A stretch of 64,000 bases of DNA from a candidate division WOR-3 bacterium (GCA_039802205.1 JBDRWD010000004.1:11229-75228), one strand, 5' to 3'; counted from the first letter of the stretch, positions 46,215-55,516 are shown. The notes: generated by a model not told the origin, from the sequence alone. Program-made: numbers and translations.

Positions 46215-46984
46215 AATTGTCATTTATTTATGGGATAATAGCGGTGATACTTTGGGCAAAAGAACCTTATGATTATTTAATTGAATATTGTAAATTTGGG
46301 AGCCGGGCCATCGGTACGGAAGGGCATAGGAATGCCTTGAATTACATCGTCAAAAACCTCAAAAATCCGGAAATAGACTCTTTTATCGTGGATGGTGTGT
46401 GGCTATATAATCTCCAACAAAAATTTCCGGCGGGTGAACCTCTTATCGGCATTGCTGCGCACTGGGATTCTGATCGCAACTGTCCTGGAGCTAACGATGG
46501 TGGTTCGGGTGTGGCATTACTTCTGAAACTTGCCGATACCCTCTCCAAAAATCCTCCGGAACTGAGTGTCCATCTGCTGTTTTTTGATGGCGAAGATGTG
46601 GAAAAGGCCGAGCTCTACGGTTCAACCCATTTTGCCAATAAATGTCTGGATCAGTATTCTTTTGTGATAATAATTGATATGGTTGGCGATAAAGATTTAC
46701 AGATTTATAAAGAAGGACATTCTACAAAATTCTTCCCCGACTTAGTTGATTCGCTCTGGCAAATCGCCCGGGAAGCAGCGCCGGAGATTTTTCTTTCTAA
46801 TGTAAAATACTACATCATTGATGACCACATGCCACTGATAAAATACGGAATAAGGGCGGTGCTTATTATTGATTTTGATTATCCTTACTGGGATACGCCC
46901 TTCGATACAGTGGATAAATGTAGTAAGGAAAGTTTAGAGAAAGTTTATCAATTCCTTTTGAAGATAGTTTATCGCAATTATTAA
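46193..46984 (+). CDS. M28-fold mono-zinc enzyme resembling animal-type glutaminyl-peptide cyclotransferase (QC).
   Basis: AAHWDSD...GANDGGSGVALLLKLADTL has a single Asp, as in the QC motif GATDSAVPCAMMLELARAL rather than the aminopeptidase motif GADDxxSG. FFDGEDVE compares with QC FFDGEEAF, and IIDDHMPLIKYGIRAVLIID compares with QC DDHIPFLRRGVPVLHLI. The ORF overlaps the 3' end of the SprA-like gene. Confidence 0.6.
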   Translation: MGKYQFLKLSFIYGIIAVILWAKEPYDYLIEYCKFGSRAIGTEGHRNALNYIVKNLKNPEIDSFIVDGVWLYNLQQKFPAGEPLIGIAAHWDSDRNCPGANDGGSGVALLLKLADTLSKNPPELSVHLLFFDGEDVEKAELYGSTHFANKCLDQYSFVIIIDMVGDKDLQIYKEGHSTKFFPDLVDSLWQIAREAAPEIFLSNVKYYIIDDHMPLIKYGIRAVLIIDFDYPYWDTPFDTVDKCSKESLEKVYQFLLKIVYRNY

Positions 46985-46995
46985 TAATAAAATCG

Positions 46996-47313
46996 ATGAA
47001 CAAAAAAGAGATAGTAATTCTGGCCATTATCAGCGTAGTCTATTTGGCAATAAATATCTGGAATTACTTCCGATACCACTCCCTGAAGCAGAGTTATCAA
47101 TTGATTATCACTGAAGAACTAAAACAAATTTCAATCAACACCGCCAGTCAACATGAACTGGAAAGCATTCCGGGCATTGGTCCGGCTTTAGCCCGGCGCA
47201 TCATTGAGTATCGGGAAAAGAACGGAGGCTTTCGGACCGTAGAAGATCTCAAAAAAGTAAAAGGGATTGGAGAGAGGTTGTTTGAAAAACTCAAACCCTA
47301 CATAACCTTGTAA
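46996..47313 (+). CDS. comEA: ComEA-like helix-hairpin-helix DNA-binding protein.
   Basis: N-terminal TM helix and tandem HhH motifs: INTASQHELESIPGIGPALARRIIEYREKNGGFRTVEDLKKVKGIGERLFEKL. Confidence 0.75.
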   Translation: MNKKEIVILAIISVVYLAINIWNYFRYHSLKQSYQLIITEELKQISINTASQHELESIPGIGPALARRIIEYREKNGGFRTVEDLKKVKGIGERLFEKLKPYITL

Positions 47314-47363
47314 AAGATATCCGGATACTAACTGAGGATTGGCAATTGACAAGATGCTGAATT

Positions 47364-48311
47364 ATGATATTATTATCCGTGAAGAAGAAAATTGAGACTG
47401 CCGGTTATCTTTTTCTCTTGCCAGCCCTGTTGATCATTTTGATTTTCCGTTTTTATCCGATAATTCAGGCAATCCGGATGAGCCTTTATCAGTGGTCAAT
47501 CGCCGGACCTTTAAGATTCATCGGTTTTAAAAATTATTATCGCCTCTTCATCGATGTCAAATTTTATCAATCGCTCCTTAACACCATCTGGTATTTGCTG
47601 TGTGTGGTGCCAATAACGGTGGCTTTGTCTATTGTTATTGCTTATCTTTTAAATCAGAAAATCAAAGGCCAGGGCGTCTACCGCACCCTTTATTATCTTC
47701 CGGTTGTCACATCAATTGTTGCCATCAGTGTCGTCTGGCGGTGGATATTTAATCCGGATCGCGGCTTATTCAATGCCTTCTTTCAATTTGTGGGAATGCC
47801 TGGAGTGAAATGGTTGAACGACCCGCGGGGTATTTTTGAATTGATTTTCCACACCAAACTTTCAGGAGTTCTCGCTGGACCATCCATCGCTCTCATCTGT
47901 CTGATGATAATGGCGATCTGGCATAACCTGGGTTACTGCATTATCATCTGTTTGGCGGGTCTGCAGAATATTCCTGGGCAGTTTTATGAAGCCGCAAGGA
48001 TTGATGGTGCTCGAGGCATCCAACTCTTTTGGAATATCACCTTGCCCCTCCTTTCCCCGACGATATTTTATCTTCTGATTACCCAATCCATCATTGCTTT
48101 TAATACCTTTACCCCGGTTTATGTGATGACCCAACCCCCAGGAGGTCCTCTGGGCACGACAAGTCTTGTGGTGTATTATCTTTATGAGCAAGGGTTCAGA
48201 TTATGGAATCTGGGTTATGCCAATGCTTTAGCCTTTGTCGTCTTTGCCATCATCTTTATTCTCACCAAAATTCAGCAACGTTTTCTGGAAAAACGAGTAT
48301 ATTATGAATAA
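47364..48311 (+). CDS. Carbohydrate ABC transporter permease (MalF/UgpA-like).
   Basis: Six TM segments and the EAA loop YEAARIDGARGIQLFWNITLPLLSP. Confidence 0.85.
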   Translation: MILLSVKKKIETAGYLFLLPALLIILIFRFYPIIQAIRMSLYQWSIAGPLRFIGFKNYYRLFIDVKFYQSLLNTIWYLLCVVPITVALSIVIAYLLNQKIKGQGVYRTLYYLPVVTSIVAISVVWRWIFNPDRGLFNAFFQFVGMPGVKWLNDPRGIFELIFHTKLSGVLAGPSIALICLMIMAIWHNLGYCIIICLAGLQNIPGQFYEAARIDGARGIQLFWNITLPLLSPTIFYLLITQSIIAFNTFTPVYVMTQPPGGPLGTTSLVVYYLYEQGFRLWNLGYANALAFVVFAIIFILTKIQQRFLEKRVYYE

Positions 48312-49113
48312 AAAGGTAGTCCATATATTGTTGATTGTTGGTGTCATTTTCATGGTCTTCCCTTTCGGCTGGATGCTTCTCACTTCATTGAAGACCCAGG
48401 ACGAAGCCTTGAAATTTCCTCCCACTCTGATTCCGGAAAAAATCATCTTGAGCAATTTTATTGAGGCCTTTCGTGAGGTAAATTTTACCCGTTATTTTAT
48501 CAATACCTTGATAATGACCACTGGTTCGGTGATTCTTGTTTACCTCACATCGGTTCTCGCCGCCTACGCCTTTGCCCGGTTAAAATTTCCCGGGCGCGAG
48601 ATAATTTTTACATTATTTTTAGCGCTGATGATGATCCCCATGCCGGTTTATCTGGCACCATCTTATGTAATTCTGAGTAAATTTCGGTTTATTGATACTT
48701 TCTGGGCATTAATCATTCCTTGGGGTGTTAATATCTTTGCTATTTTTCTTTTACGTCAACACTTTAAATCTCTGCCCCAGGAGTTGTTTGATGCTGCAAA
48801 AATCGATGGATTGAACCATTGGCAGATCATTCGGTATATCGTGCTTCCCCTTTCCCGACCGGTCCTTGTGACGATCGGCGTTTTTGAAGTTATCACCAAC
48901 TGGAATTCATTCCTCTGGCCCCTGATTGTCACCCATTCTGATACCATGCGCACGATTCAAACCGGCCTTGCCTATTTTGCACAGGCAGAGGCGACGAATT
49001 ATCCCCTTTTATGTGCTGCCGCAACCTTTACCACCATGCCGCTTGTCATTCTTTATTTTTTTGTTCAGCGTCAGATAGCGGAATCTTATGCCCGCAGTGG
49101 TTTGAAGGAGTAA
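48304..49113 (+). CDS. Carbohydrate ABC transporter permease (MalG/UgpE-like).
   Basis: EAA loop LFDAAKIDGLNHWQIIRYIVLPLSRP. The start ATG 48304 overlaps the upstream stop. Confidence 0.85.
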   Translation: MNKKVVHILLIVGVIFMVFPFGWMLLTSLKTQDEALKFPPTLIPEKIILSNFIEAFREVNFTRYFINTLIMTTGSVILVYLTSVLAAYAFARLKFPGREIIFTLFLALMMIPMPVYLAPSYVILSKFRFIDTFWALIIPWGVNIFAIFLLRQHFKSLPQELFDAAKIDGLNHWQIIRYIVLPLSRPVLVTIGVFEVITNWNSFLWPLIVTHSDTMRTIQTGLAYFAQAEATNYPLLCAAATFTTMPLVILYFFVQRQIAESYARSGLKE

Positions 49114-49120
49114 TATTATT

Positions 49121-49340
49121 GAAGGAGACGATGATGAGAGTAATTGAAGAAAAGGACGTGGAATGGTATGCGGGGAGTGATGCTCAAACCTATCCACGCC
49201 GAGTAAAGGTCGACGGTAACTGGCGGGAAGTATTTACTTTTGTGAAGCAGATCCGTGAAGAATATTTCACTCGCAAGAGGCATACAATATTTCTATGCCA
49301 TATCGGTGATAATGAGGTGGTGAAGGTAAGACTACCCTGA
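49121..49340 (+). CDS. Small hypothetical protein (73 aa).
   Basis: A GGAGA RBS precedes ATG 49121. No recognisable domain. May be spurious. Confidence 0.25.
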
Positions 49341-49345
49341 AAATA

Positions 49346-49373
49346 TTGACTTTTGACAGATTTTGGTTATAAT
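49346..49373 (+). promoter_or_regulatory. Sigma70-like promoter for tRNA-Val.
   Basis: TTGACT (49346-49351), a 16-nt spacer, then TATAAT (49368-49373). The tRNA starts about 20 nt downstream. Confidence 0.45.
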
Positions 49374-49392
49374 AGAAACAATGTTGCGAAAT

Positions 49393-49468
49393 GGGCGGTT
49401 AGCTCAGTTCTGGTTAGAGCGTCTGCTTGACATGCAGGAGGTCACCCGTTCAAGTCGGGTACCGCCCA
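49393..49468 (+). tRNA. tRNA-Val (anticodon GAC).
   Basis: Manual fold: acceptor stem GGGCGGT/ACCGCCC is 7/7 paired, D stem GCTC/GAGC, anticodon stem TCTGC/GCAGG, anticodon loop TTGACAT, T arm ACCCG-TTCAAGT-CGGGT, discriminator A. CCA is not encoded. Confidence 0.9.
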
Positions 49469-49607
49469 CTCTGGCAATTCATTCAATTTCCCGCAGGTCC
49501 GATTTTCTGCAATTCCCGAAGGGCGGAGTAGTTGAAAGAAGGAGTGGTTTCTTCGGCGCCCAGTGGGGGAGGCTCAATCCGGTAAAGGAATGGAAAGGTT
49601 AGGTTAA

Positions 49608-50312
49608 ATGGAAGAGGTCCTGCAAAGATTGGCAAAGATCAGGGACCTTTCGGAAACGATAAAAAAGAATGATATGTTATTAAAAAACATTCCGGAGACG
49701 ATCGTCAAATTAAAAAACGAGATTGAACAAAAAAATAAACAATTAAATCAGGTCAAAAATCGATTGACGGAGATAAAAAAGTTGTATAAACTAAAAGAAG
49801 GTGATATCGCGGATAATGAGAACAAAATCAACAAGTTAAATCAACAAATTCATTCAGTTAAGACCAATGAAGAATATCGGGCGATCCTCAAGGAAATTGA
49901 GTTTTTAAAAAATTCACGCCTGGCGATAGAGGAGGAGATGATAAACCTTCTTGAGGAAGAGGAGAAACTTAAAAATTCATTGAGTAGTCTGGAAAAAGAA
50001 ACCAAGGAATTTATTGAGCAGAAAAACCGAGAGATTCAACAGTTGGAAGAACAGAGAGCACAAGTTATGGCGGAACAAGAAAAAAACAGAAGTGTCTTTG
50101 CTGACGAGATAAAGAAATTACCGGTAGAGGTGAGAAGCATATATGAGCGGATTACGAATGCCCGGGATAAGGCGATCTGCGTCGTCACCGACGAGGGCAT
50201 ATGCACTGGATGTTATACCAATATTACTCCCCAGACACTCAATGAATTAAGAAAGAAGGATAAGTTGGTGCTTTGCGATTCCTGCGGGCGCATCCTCATT
50301 TATGGCTTATGA
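49608..50312 (+). CDS. Coiled-coil protein with a C-terminal C4 zinc ribbon (COG1579-like).
   Basis: Long heptad-rich region and a C-terminal CTGC...CDSC motif. Directly upstream of rnhA and overlapping it. Confidence 0.6.
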   Translation: MEEVLQRLAKIRDLSETIKKNDMLLKNIPETIVKLKNEIEQKNKQLNQVKNRLTEIKKLYKLKEGDIADNENKINKLNQQIHSVKTNEEYRAILKEIEFLKNSRLAIEEEMINLLEEEEKLKNSLSSLEKETKEFIEQKNREIQQLEEQRAQVMAEQEKNRSVFADEIKKLPVEVRSIYERITNARDKAICVVTDEGICTGCYTNITPQTLNELRKKDKLVLCDSCGRILIYGL

Positions 50313-50736
50313 ATCAGTCGTAGTTTATACCGATGGTGCTTCCGGAGGCAATCCTGGACCCGCGGGCATCGGTTTTGTGGTTTATGATGAACATAATCCG
50401 CAGGAGCCAATTTTCAGTTTTGCCCATTATATCGGTATCACCACCGGTAATGTTGCTGAATACGAAGCACTCATATCTGCATTGAAATGGCTTCTGAAAA
50501 ATAACATCCAAAAGGCAGTAATATACACCGACTCCGAATTGGTCTATAAACAACTAACCGGTGCTTATCGGGTGAAGTCTGCGCATATAAGAAACCTTGT
50601 TTCTCATGCCCGCCAGTTGCTCAATAAATTTAAAGAAATCGATTTGAAAACCATCCCTCGGGAAGAAAATCGCGCAGCCAATAAACTTGCCCAGCGGATT
50701 GTTAAAAATATAAAAAAGCAGAAAAAACCTTCATAG
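50302..50736 (+). CDS. rnhA: Ribonuclease HI.
   Basis: YTDGASGGNPGPAGIG...EYEALISAL...IYTDSELV, the RNase H type 1 DEDD pattern. Confidence 0.85.
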   Translation: MAYESVVVYTDGASGGNPGPAGIGFVVYDEHNPQEPIFSFAHYIGITTGNVAEYEALISALKWLLKNNIQKAVIYTDSELVYKQLTGAYRVKSAHIRNLVSHARQLLNKFKEIDLKTIPREENRAANKLAQRIVKNIKKQKKPS

Positions 50737-50738
50737 TT

Positions 50739-52088
50739 ATGAATAGAAAAAAAGAGATAAATCCGGCGCGCATGCTTATCTTTGGCTATATCGCTTTGAT
50801 TCTCTCCGGAACCTTTTTGCTTTCTTTGCCCTTTGCTACCCCGCGCGGTATTAATTTTATTGATGCCCTATTTACTTCCACATCTGCCCTTTGTGTTACG
50901 GGTTTGATCGTGCGTGATACCGCGACCGGTTTTACTGTCTGGGGTAAATTGATAATTCTATTTTTAATCCAGATAGGCGGATTAGGTTATATGACCTTGT
51001 CCACTACTTTTTTCTTTTTTCTGGGCAAAAAGATATCCTTACGTGACCGGATGCTTTTTAAAGAATCCGTAAATGTTCTAAGCTATGAAAATCTGATGCG
51101 CTTTGCCTGGCGTATTTTTCGCATCACCGTGATTGTAGAGTTGATTGGTGCCCTGTTATTCTATCTCTGTTTCCGTTCGCGTTTCCCACCGCTCGTCGCC
51201 GCCGGGCACGCTCTTTTTCATGCCGTCTCGGCATTCTGCAATGCCGGTTTTTCTACTTTCTCAGAAAATCTTTCTTTGTTCCATAACCTCTGGGCGGTAC
51301 CCCTGATCTGCGCGATTCTAATAATCAGCGGGGGTATTGGATTTGTGGTGATTTCGGATCTTTATTATCTCTTAATCAAAAATTCGAGAAGAGGCATTTC
51401 GTTACATACCAAACTGGCACTAAGGACGACTTTAATCTTGATAATTGTCGGAATGGTTTTCATTTTGGTTTATGAGGGTAATAGAAGCCTTGCTGCATAT
51501 CCTTTGCATTTAAAAGTAATCCATGCATTTTTCCAGGCAGTAACACCTCGAACCGCCGGTTTTAACACTGTAAATATCGCTAACTTTGCCCCCTTTACGC
51601 TCTTTTTGCTCATGTTATTTATGTTCATCGGGGCTTCACCGGGCGGAACCGGTGGAGGGGTAAAGACTACCACTTTTGCTGTGGTTCTGATTTGGGTTAA
51701 AGAACTGCTTTTGGGAAGATACAAAAATGGCATTTTGATTATGAAGAAAAAAATTCCCCAGGAGCAGGTACTCCGGGCTTTTCTGTTGATCGCACTTTCT
51801 TCCATCGTGATTTTATTTATTTTCTGGATATTGCTATTGACCAATTTCGGATCACCTTTTAAATTATTATTTGAAATCATTTCGGCTTTTGGCACTGTGG
51901 GTTTATCACTCGGTTCCGAGCTTAATTCAGTTTGTAGTTATGCACATGACTTTTCGGTATGCGGGAAGTTGTTGATAATCATTTTGATGTTAACCGGCCG
52001 GGTGGGCACCCTGACGATTGGTAGTGCCTTAGTACGCACCCATACGGTTGATTTTTCATATCCCGAAGAACACATCGTGATTGGTTAA
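50739..52088 (+). CDS. ktrB: Ktr/Trk-family potassium transporter membrane subunit.
   Basis: Multiple TM segments with selectivity-filter-like glycine motifs GLGYMTLS and ASPGGTGGGVKTTT. Confidence 0.9.
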   Translation: MNRKKEINPARMLIFGYIALILSGTFLLSLPFATPRGINFIDALFTSTSALCVTGLIVRDTATGFTVWGKLIILFLIQIGGLGYMTLSTTFFFFLGKKISLRDRMLFKESVNVLSYENLMRFAWRIFRITVIVELIGALLFYLCFRSRFPPLVAAGHALFHAVSAFCNAGFSTFSENLSLFHNLWAVPLICAILIISGGIGFVVISDLYYLLIKNSRRGISLHTKLALRTTLILIIVGMVFILVYEGNRSLAAYPLHLKVIHAFFQAVTPRTAGFNTVNIANFAPFTLFLLMLFMFIGASPGGTGGGVKTTTFAVVLIWVKELLLGRYKNGILIMKKKIPQEQVLRAFLLIALSSIVILFIFWILLLTNFGSPFKLLFEIISAFGTVGLSLGSELNSVCSYAHDFSVCGKLLIIILMLTGRVGTLTIGSALVRTHTVDFSYPEEHIVIG

Positions 52089-52096
52089 GTGGAGTG

Positions 52097-52142
52097 ACGA
52101 ATTAGAAATTTTAATTGACAATTCGTCAAAAATGAATATAAT
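52097..52142 (+). promoter_or_regulatory. Promoter with an overlapping palindromic operator upstream of ktrA.
   Basis: TTGACA (52115-52120), a 16-nt spacer, then TATAAT (52137-52142). The inverted repeat TGACGAATT-N16-AATTCGTCA (52096-52129) overlaps the -35 element. About 100 nt of leader separate it from ATG 52242. Confidence 0.45.
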
Positions 52143-52241
52143 TATTTTATGAATTTCACCAATGCTGCTTTACACCGGGGTTTATTTTTTATTGACCCCA
52201 GCCTGTTATTTGCTCTTTTATATTCCGCATAGTGGAAAATT

Positions 52242-52928
52242 ATGAAACAGTTCGTCGTCATCGGCTTGGGGAGATTTGGTTCCAGTATCGCCCGTGCCCT
52301 CACCGAGAAAAACTTTGAGGTGCTGGCGATCGACCGGAATGAAGAAAGGGTTAAAGAAATAGAGGGATTTGTCGCCCAGGCAGTGGTCGTGGACGCCACC
52401 GATGAAAAAGCACTTAAGGAACTTGGAATAAAAGATTTTGATACTGCAATTGTTAGCATTGGCGAAAACATTGAAGATAGCATCATGGTGACACTCCTCT
52501 TAAAAGAACTGGGGGTCCGGCAGGTAATCGTTAAAGCCCATAATGAGCTCCACGCCAAAATTTTAAACAAAGTAGGTGCAGACCGGATTGTCTTTCCGGA
52601 AAAAGAAATGGGGGAGAAACTGGCTGAGAGTTTAGCCAGCCCTAAAATATTTGATTATATAGAATTATCTACCGAATACGGTATTTTAGAGATTGTGGCA
52701 CCTAAAAAGTTCTGTGATAAAACGCTGGGCGAATTGAAATTACGCGAAAAATTTGGGGTCAGTGTGATGGCGATAAAAAGAAAAATACCTTATACCCGCC
52801 CTGACGGCTCCCCAGATTTTAAGGAAGAAATAATTATCGGTCCAGGTGGTGCGGATGAAATATTACCTGGTGATATTCTCGTTCTTTTGGGGAGATATAA
52901 AGACCTGAATCGCATTGAAAAACTATGA
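52242..52928 (+). CDS. ktrA: Potassium uptake regulatory subunit KtrA/TrkA (RCK_N plus RCK_C).
   Basis: VVIGLGRFGSSIARAL Rossmann GxGxxG motif. The 228-aa single-RCK architecture indicates KtrA. Confidence 0.85.
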   Translation: MKQFVVIGLGRFGSSIARALTEKNFEVLAIDRNEERVKEIEGFVAQAVVVDATDEKALKELGIKDFDTAIVSIGENIEDSIMVTLLLKELGVRQVIVKAHNELHAKILNKVGADRIVFPEKEMGEKLAESLASPKIFDYIELSTEYGILEIVAPKKFCDKTLGELKLREKFGVSVMAIKRKIPYTRPDGSPDFKEEIIIGPGGADEILPGDILVLLGRYKDLNRIEKL

Positions 52929-53182
52929 ACGATGATTATTCCGATTTAATAGAGATTGCCGAGTTTTACATCCTGAGCCAGAAGTACGAAGAGGCGATAA
53001 AAATCTTGCAAAAAGCCAAAAAAATAAATGATCGTGACCCGCGGCTTTATTATAACCTGGGGATTGCCCAAGAGGCACTTAACAATCGGGATGAGGCAAT
53101 AAAATTTTTCCGCCAGGCACTCTCCCTGGATCCCAATTTTACTTCGGCCCAAGAACATCTGGACAAACTGATCAAGGGATGA
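52925..53182 (+). CDS. Small TPR-repeat protein.
   Basis: Two TPR-like units, including YYNLGIAQEALNNRDEAIKFFRQALSLDPN. Confidence 0.5.
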   Translation: MNDDYSDLIEIAEFYILSQKYEEAIKILQKAKKINDRDPRLYYNLGIAQEALNNRDEAIKFFRQALSLDPNFTSAQEHLDKLIKG

Positions 53183-54688
53183 ATGTGTTTCGTTTTTTTG
53201 AAAAATTGTAATTTAATTGATTGTATAAGAGAAGAAAGTCGAAACTGCACTATTTTCATCAAGCAGCCCTTTATTGATAAGATAATTTTTAAGCCGGATT
53301 TAGCGGTCAAATTGGCGAATTATCTCAAGAAAAATCTGGGAGAAGTTACGGAGTATGACCTTAAGGGTGGTTATATCCTCCCAGGCTTCACCGATTCCCA
53401 CACACACCTTCTCGCCCGAGGCATAGAATTACAGCGAGTGGATTTAAGCACCTGTCGTTCCCCTCAAGAATGCCTGGAAAAATTGCGCTCAGCACGGCAC
53501 GAAAAAATTATCTTCGGGGTAAACTGGGATGATGCTGGATGGACCAAAGGTAAAATTGCAGATTTAAATCGTCAGGTTTTAGATAAAATCTCAAAAAATA
53601 AACCGGTGATAATGCGGCGGATCTGTGGACATTTTGCGATCTGTAATACCCGGGTCCTTAAGTTCATTCCTGCTGAATGGAGAATTGTCGATCGGTCACA
53701 GGGTTATCTTTATGAGGATGCCGCACTTTATATCAACAAAATTTTTCCACCCGATTTTGCGATGTATGAGAAAGGATTGAAAGAAGCGATGGCAGAAGCA
53801 CTGGCGCTGGGCATTACTTCCATCCATGAAATCACCGACCAGCGGGGCTTCAGGATATACCAAAATCTAAAGAAAGAACTGAGGCTGCGTGTTGCTTTAT
53901 ACCTCACCGATGAACTCGGAATCCTTGCTAAGGCCGGCCTCCAGTCTAACTTTGGCGATGATTATTTGAAATTTTCGGGGAAAAAGATATTCTTGGATGG
54001 TTCCATTGGTGCTCGGACCGCAGCAGTGCGAAAACCTTATATCCGGTCACAAAATTATGGAAAACTGCTGATGACCGAGCAAGAGTTAACTGAACTCATA
54101 AAAACCGCCGAGAATTATTCAATTCAGTTGATGATTCATTCAATCGGTGACCGGGCTACGGAGGTTATTTTGAACGCCTTTAAAAGGGCAAAGGTTAAAT
54201 CAAATCGACTCCGGCACCGCTTAGAACATCTGGAAATACTTGATAAGCGGTTAATCCAGAAGATAGCCCGGGTTGATTTAATTGCTTCCATGCAGCCTAA
54301 TTTTCTCCGCTGGCAAACACCGGGAGGGCTGTATGAGAGAAACCTTGGAATAAGATACCAAAAGATGAATTGTTTTAGCGAGGTTAAAAAGGCAGGCGTA
54401 AAATTAATTTTCGGTTCGGATTGTATGCCCCTGGGCCCATTTTATGGCATCAATCTTGCGGTCAATCATCCTGTTGAAGATTTCTGCCTTTCACCCGCGG
54501 AGGCGATTGCATTATACACCCAAACGCCTGCCTGGGCAACATTTGATGAAGATAAAAAAGGGAAACTGGAAGAAAATAAATTTGCGGACTTGCTGGTGCT
54601 TGATAAAGACCCATTAAAAAAAGAGAATCTTGCCCAGATCAAAATAGTTAAGGTATTCGTCGGAGGAAGTCTCGTATATCAACAATAG
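53183..54688 (+). CDS. Amidohydrolase-family metal-dependent hydrolase.
   Basis: YILPGFTDSHTHL, an HxH metal-binding motif at the N-terminus of the TIM barrel, with amidohydrolase_3-like length and a C-terminal FGSDCMP. Confidence 0.8.
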   Translation: MCFVFLKNCNLIDCIREESRNCTIFIKQPFIDKIIFKPDLAVKLANYLKKNLGEVTEYDLKGGYILPGFTDSHTHLLARGIELQRVDLSTCRSPQECLEKLRSARHEKIIFGVNWDDAGWTKGKIADLNRQVLDKISKNKPVIMRRICGHFAICNTRVLKFIPAEWRIVDRSQGYLYEDAALYINKIFPPDFAMYEKGLKEAMAEALALGITSIHEITDQRGFRIYQNLKKELRLRVALYLTDELGILAKAGLQSNFGDDYLKFSGKKIFLDGSIGARTAAVRKPYIRSQNYGKLLMTEQELTELIKTAENYSIQLMIHSIGDRATEVILNAFKRAKVKSNRLRHRLEHLEILDKRLIQKIARVDLIASMQPNFLRWQTPGGLYERNLGIRYQKMNCFSEVKKAGVKLIFGSDCMPLGPFYGINLAVNHPVEDFCLSPAEAIALYTQTPAWATFDEDKKGKLEENKFADLLVLDKDPLKKENLAQIKIVKVFVGGSLVYQQ

Positions 54689-54706
54689 TGCCAACTGCTT
54701 TATTAG

Positions 54707-55516
54707 ATGAGTAATTTTTTCTGGCTTTTGAAGAAGGCATACACCAAATTCAATACCGACCGCGGACCACTTTTGGCTTCGGCATTAGTCAACGCTGCAA
54801 TATTCAGTCTTTTCCCTCTTCTCCTTGGGTTGGTATCGTTTTCTTTCTTTATTCTCGGTTCATCCCAGGGCATCATGGAAAAGATTATTCCTGTTTTAAA
54901 ACAGATAATTCCCATCGGTCTCGATGAAATCGTTAAGAATATTAAGATGATTCGGCAGACATCTATCATCGTCGCCGTCATCGGAATGCTCGGCTTTTTA
55001 TGGGGTTCGGCGAGCATCTTCGGGGCGATTGAATCAAGTTTGAATGTGATCTGGAAAGCAAAAAAGGACCGGCCGTTTATCAAAAAGAGCCTTATCGGAA
55101 TGGCATGGGCTTTTGTGGCTTGGATTACTTTGATTGCAACCGTGGGTGTTACAATCTGGGCGAGTGCCTTAGGATTGAAAGGAGTCACCCGGTATTTGCC
55201 GCTCCTCAACATGGCGATAAGCACCGGGATTTTCGGACTTATTTACTGGTTTTTCCCCAATCGTAAGGTGCGATTTAAAGAGGCATATGTGGGAGCAATA
55301 TTTACCGGCACAGCATGGGAACTTACCAAATTTCTTTTCACCCTATATGTGACGCGCGTGGTGGATTATTCCAAAATATTCGGATCTCTTTCCGCAGTAA
55401 TCCTTCTCTTATTATGGTTGTATTACTCTGCCTGCGTTTTTCTTTACGGTGCGGAGTTGAGTTATGTTTATGCCCGAAGGAAGATTTTAAGAGAAAAAAG
55501 GCGTATACCTCAGTGA
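54707..55516 (+). CDS. YihY/BrkB-family membrane protein.
   Basis: Six predicted TM helices and an N-terminal LLKKAYTKFNTDRGPLLASALVNAAIFSLFP typical of the family. Confidence 0.7.
   Translation: MSNFFWLLKKAYTKFNTDRGPLLASALVNAAIFSLFPLLLGLVSFSFFILGSSQGIMEKIIPVLKQIIPIGLDEIVKNIKMIRQTSIIVAVIGMLGFLWGSASIFGAIESSLNVIWKAKKDRPFIKKSLIGMAWAFVAWITLIATVGVTIWASALGLKGVTRYLPLLNMAISTGIFGLIYWFFPNRKVRFKEAYVGAIFTGTAWELTKFLFTLYVTRVVDYSKIFGSLSAVILLLLWLYYSACVFLYGAELSYVYARRKILREKRRIPQ

Noticed and set aside
49363-49602. 79-aa ORF on the plus strand
   Set aside because: It overlaps the tRNA-Val gene and the following noncoding spacer, and has no RBS. It is a spurious ORF.
49469-49607. Second RNA gene or sRNA after tRNA-Val
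   Set aside because: Only weak 4-5 bp stems were found. No tRNA cloverleaf or recognisable family is present, so it is not reported as a feature.
52145-52241. c-di-AMP (ydaO) riboswitch upstream of ktrA
   Set aside because: The leader is only about 100 nt and AT-rich, and it lacks the conserved pseudo-symmetric GC-rich ydaO core. The region is only flagged as a possible regulatory leader.
52142-52570. 142-aa minus-strand ORF
   Set aside because: It lies antisense to ktrA and its promoter, and its composition is unlike coding sequence. Spurious.
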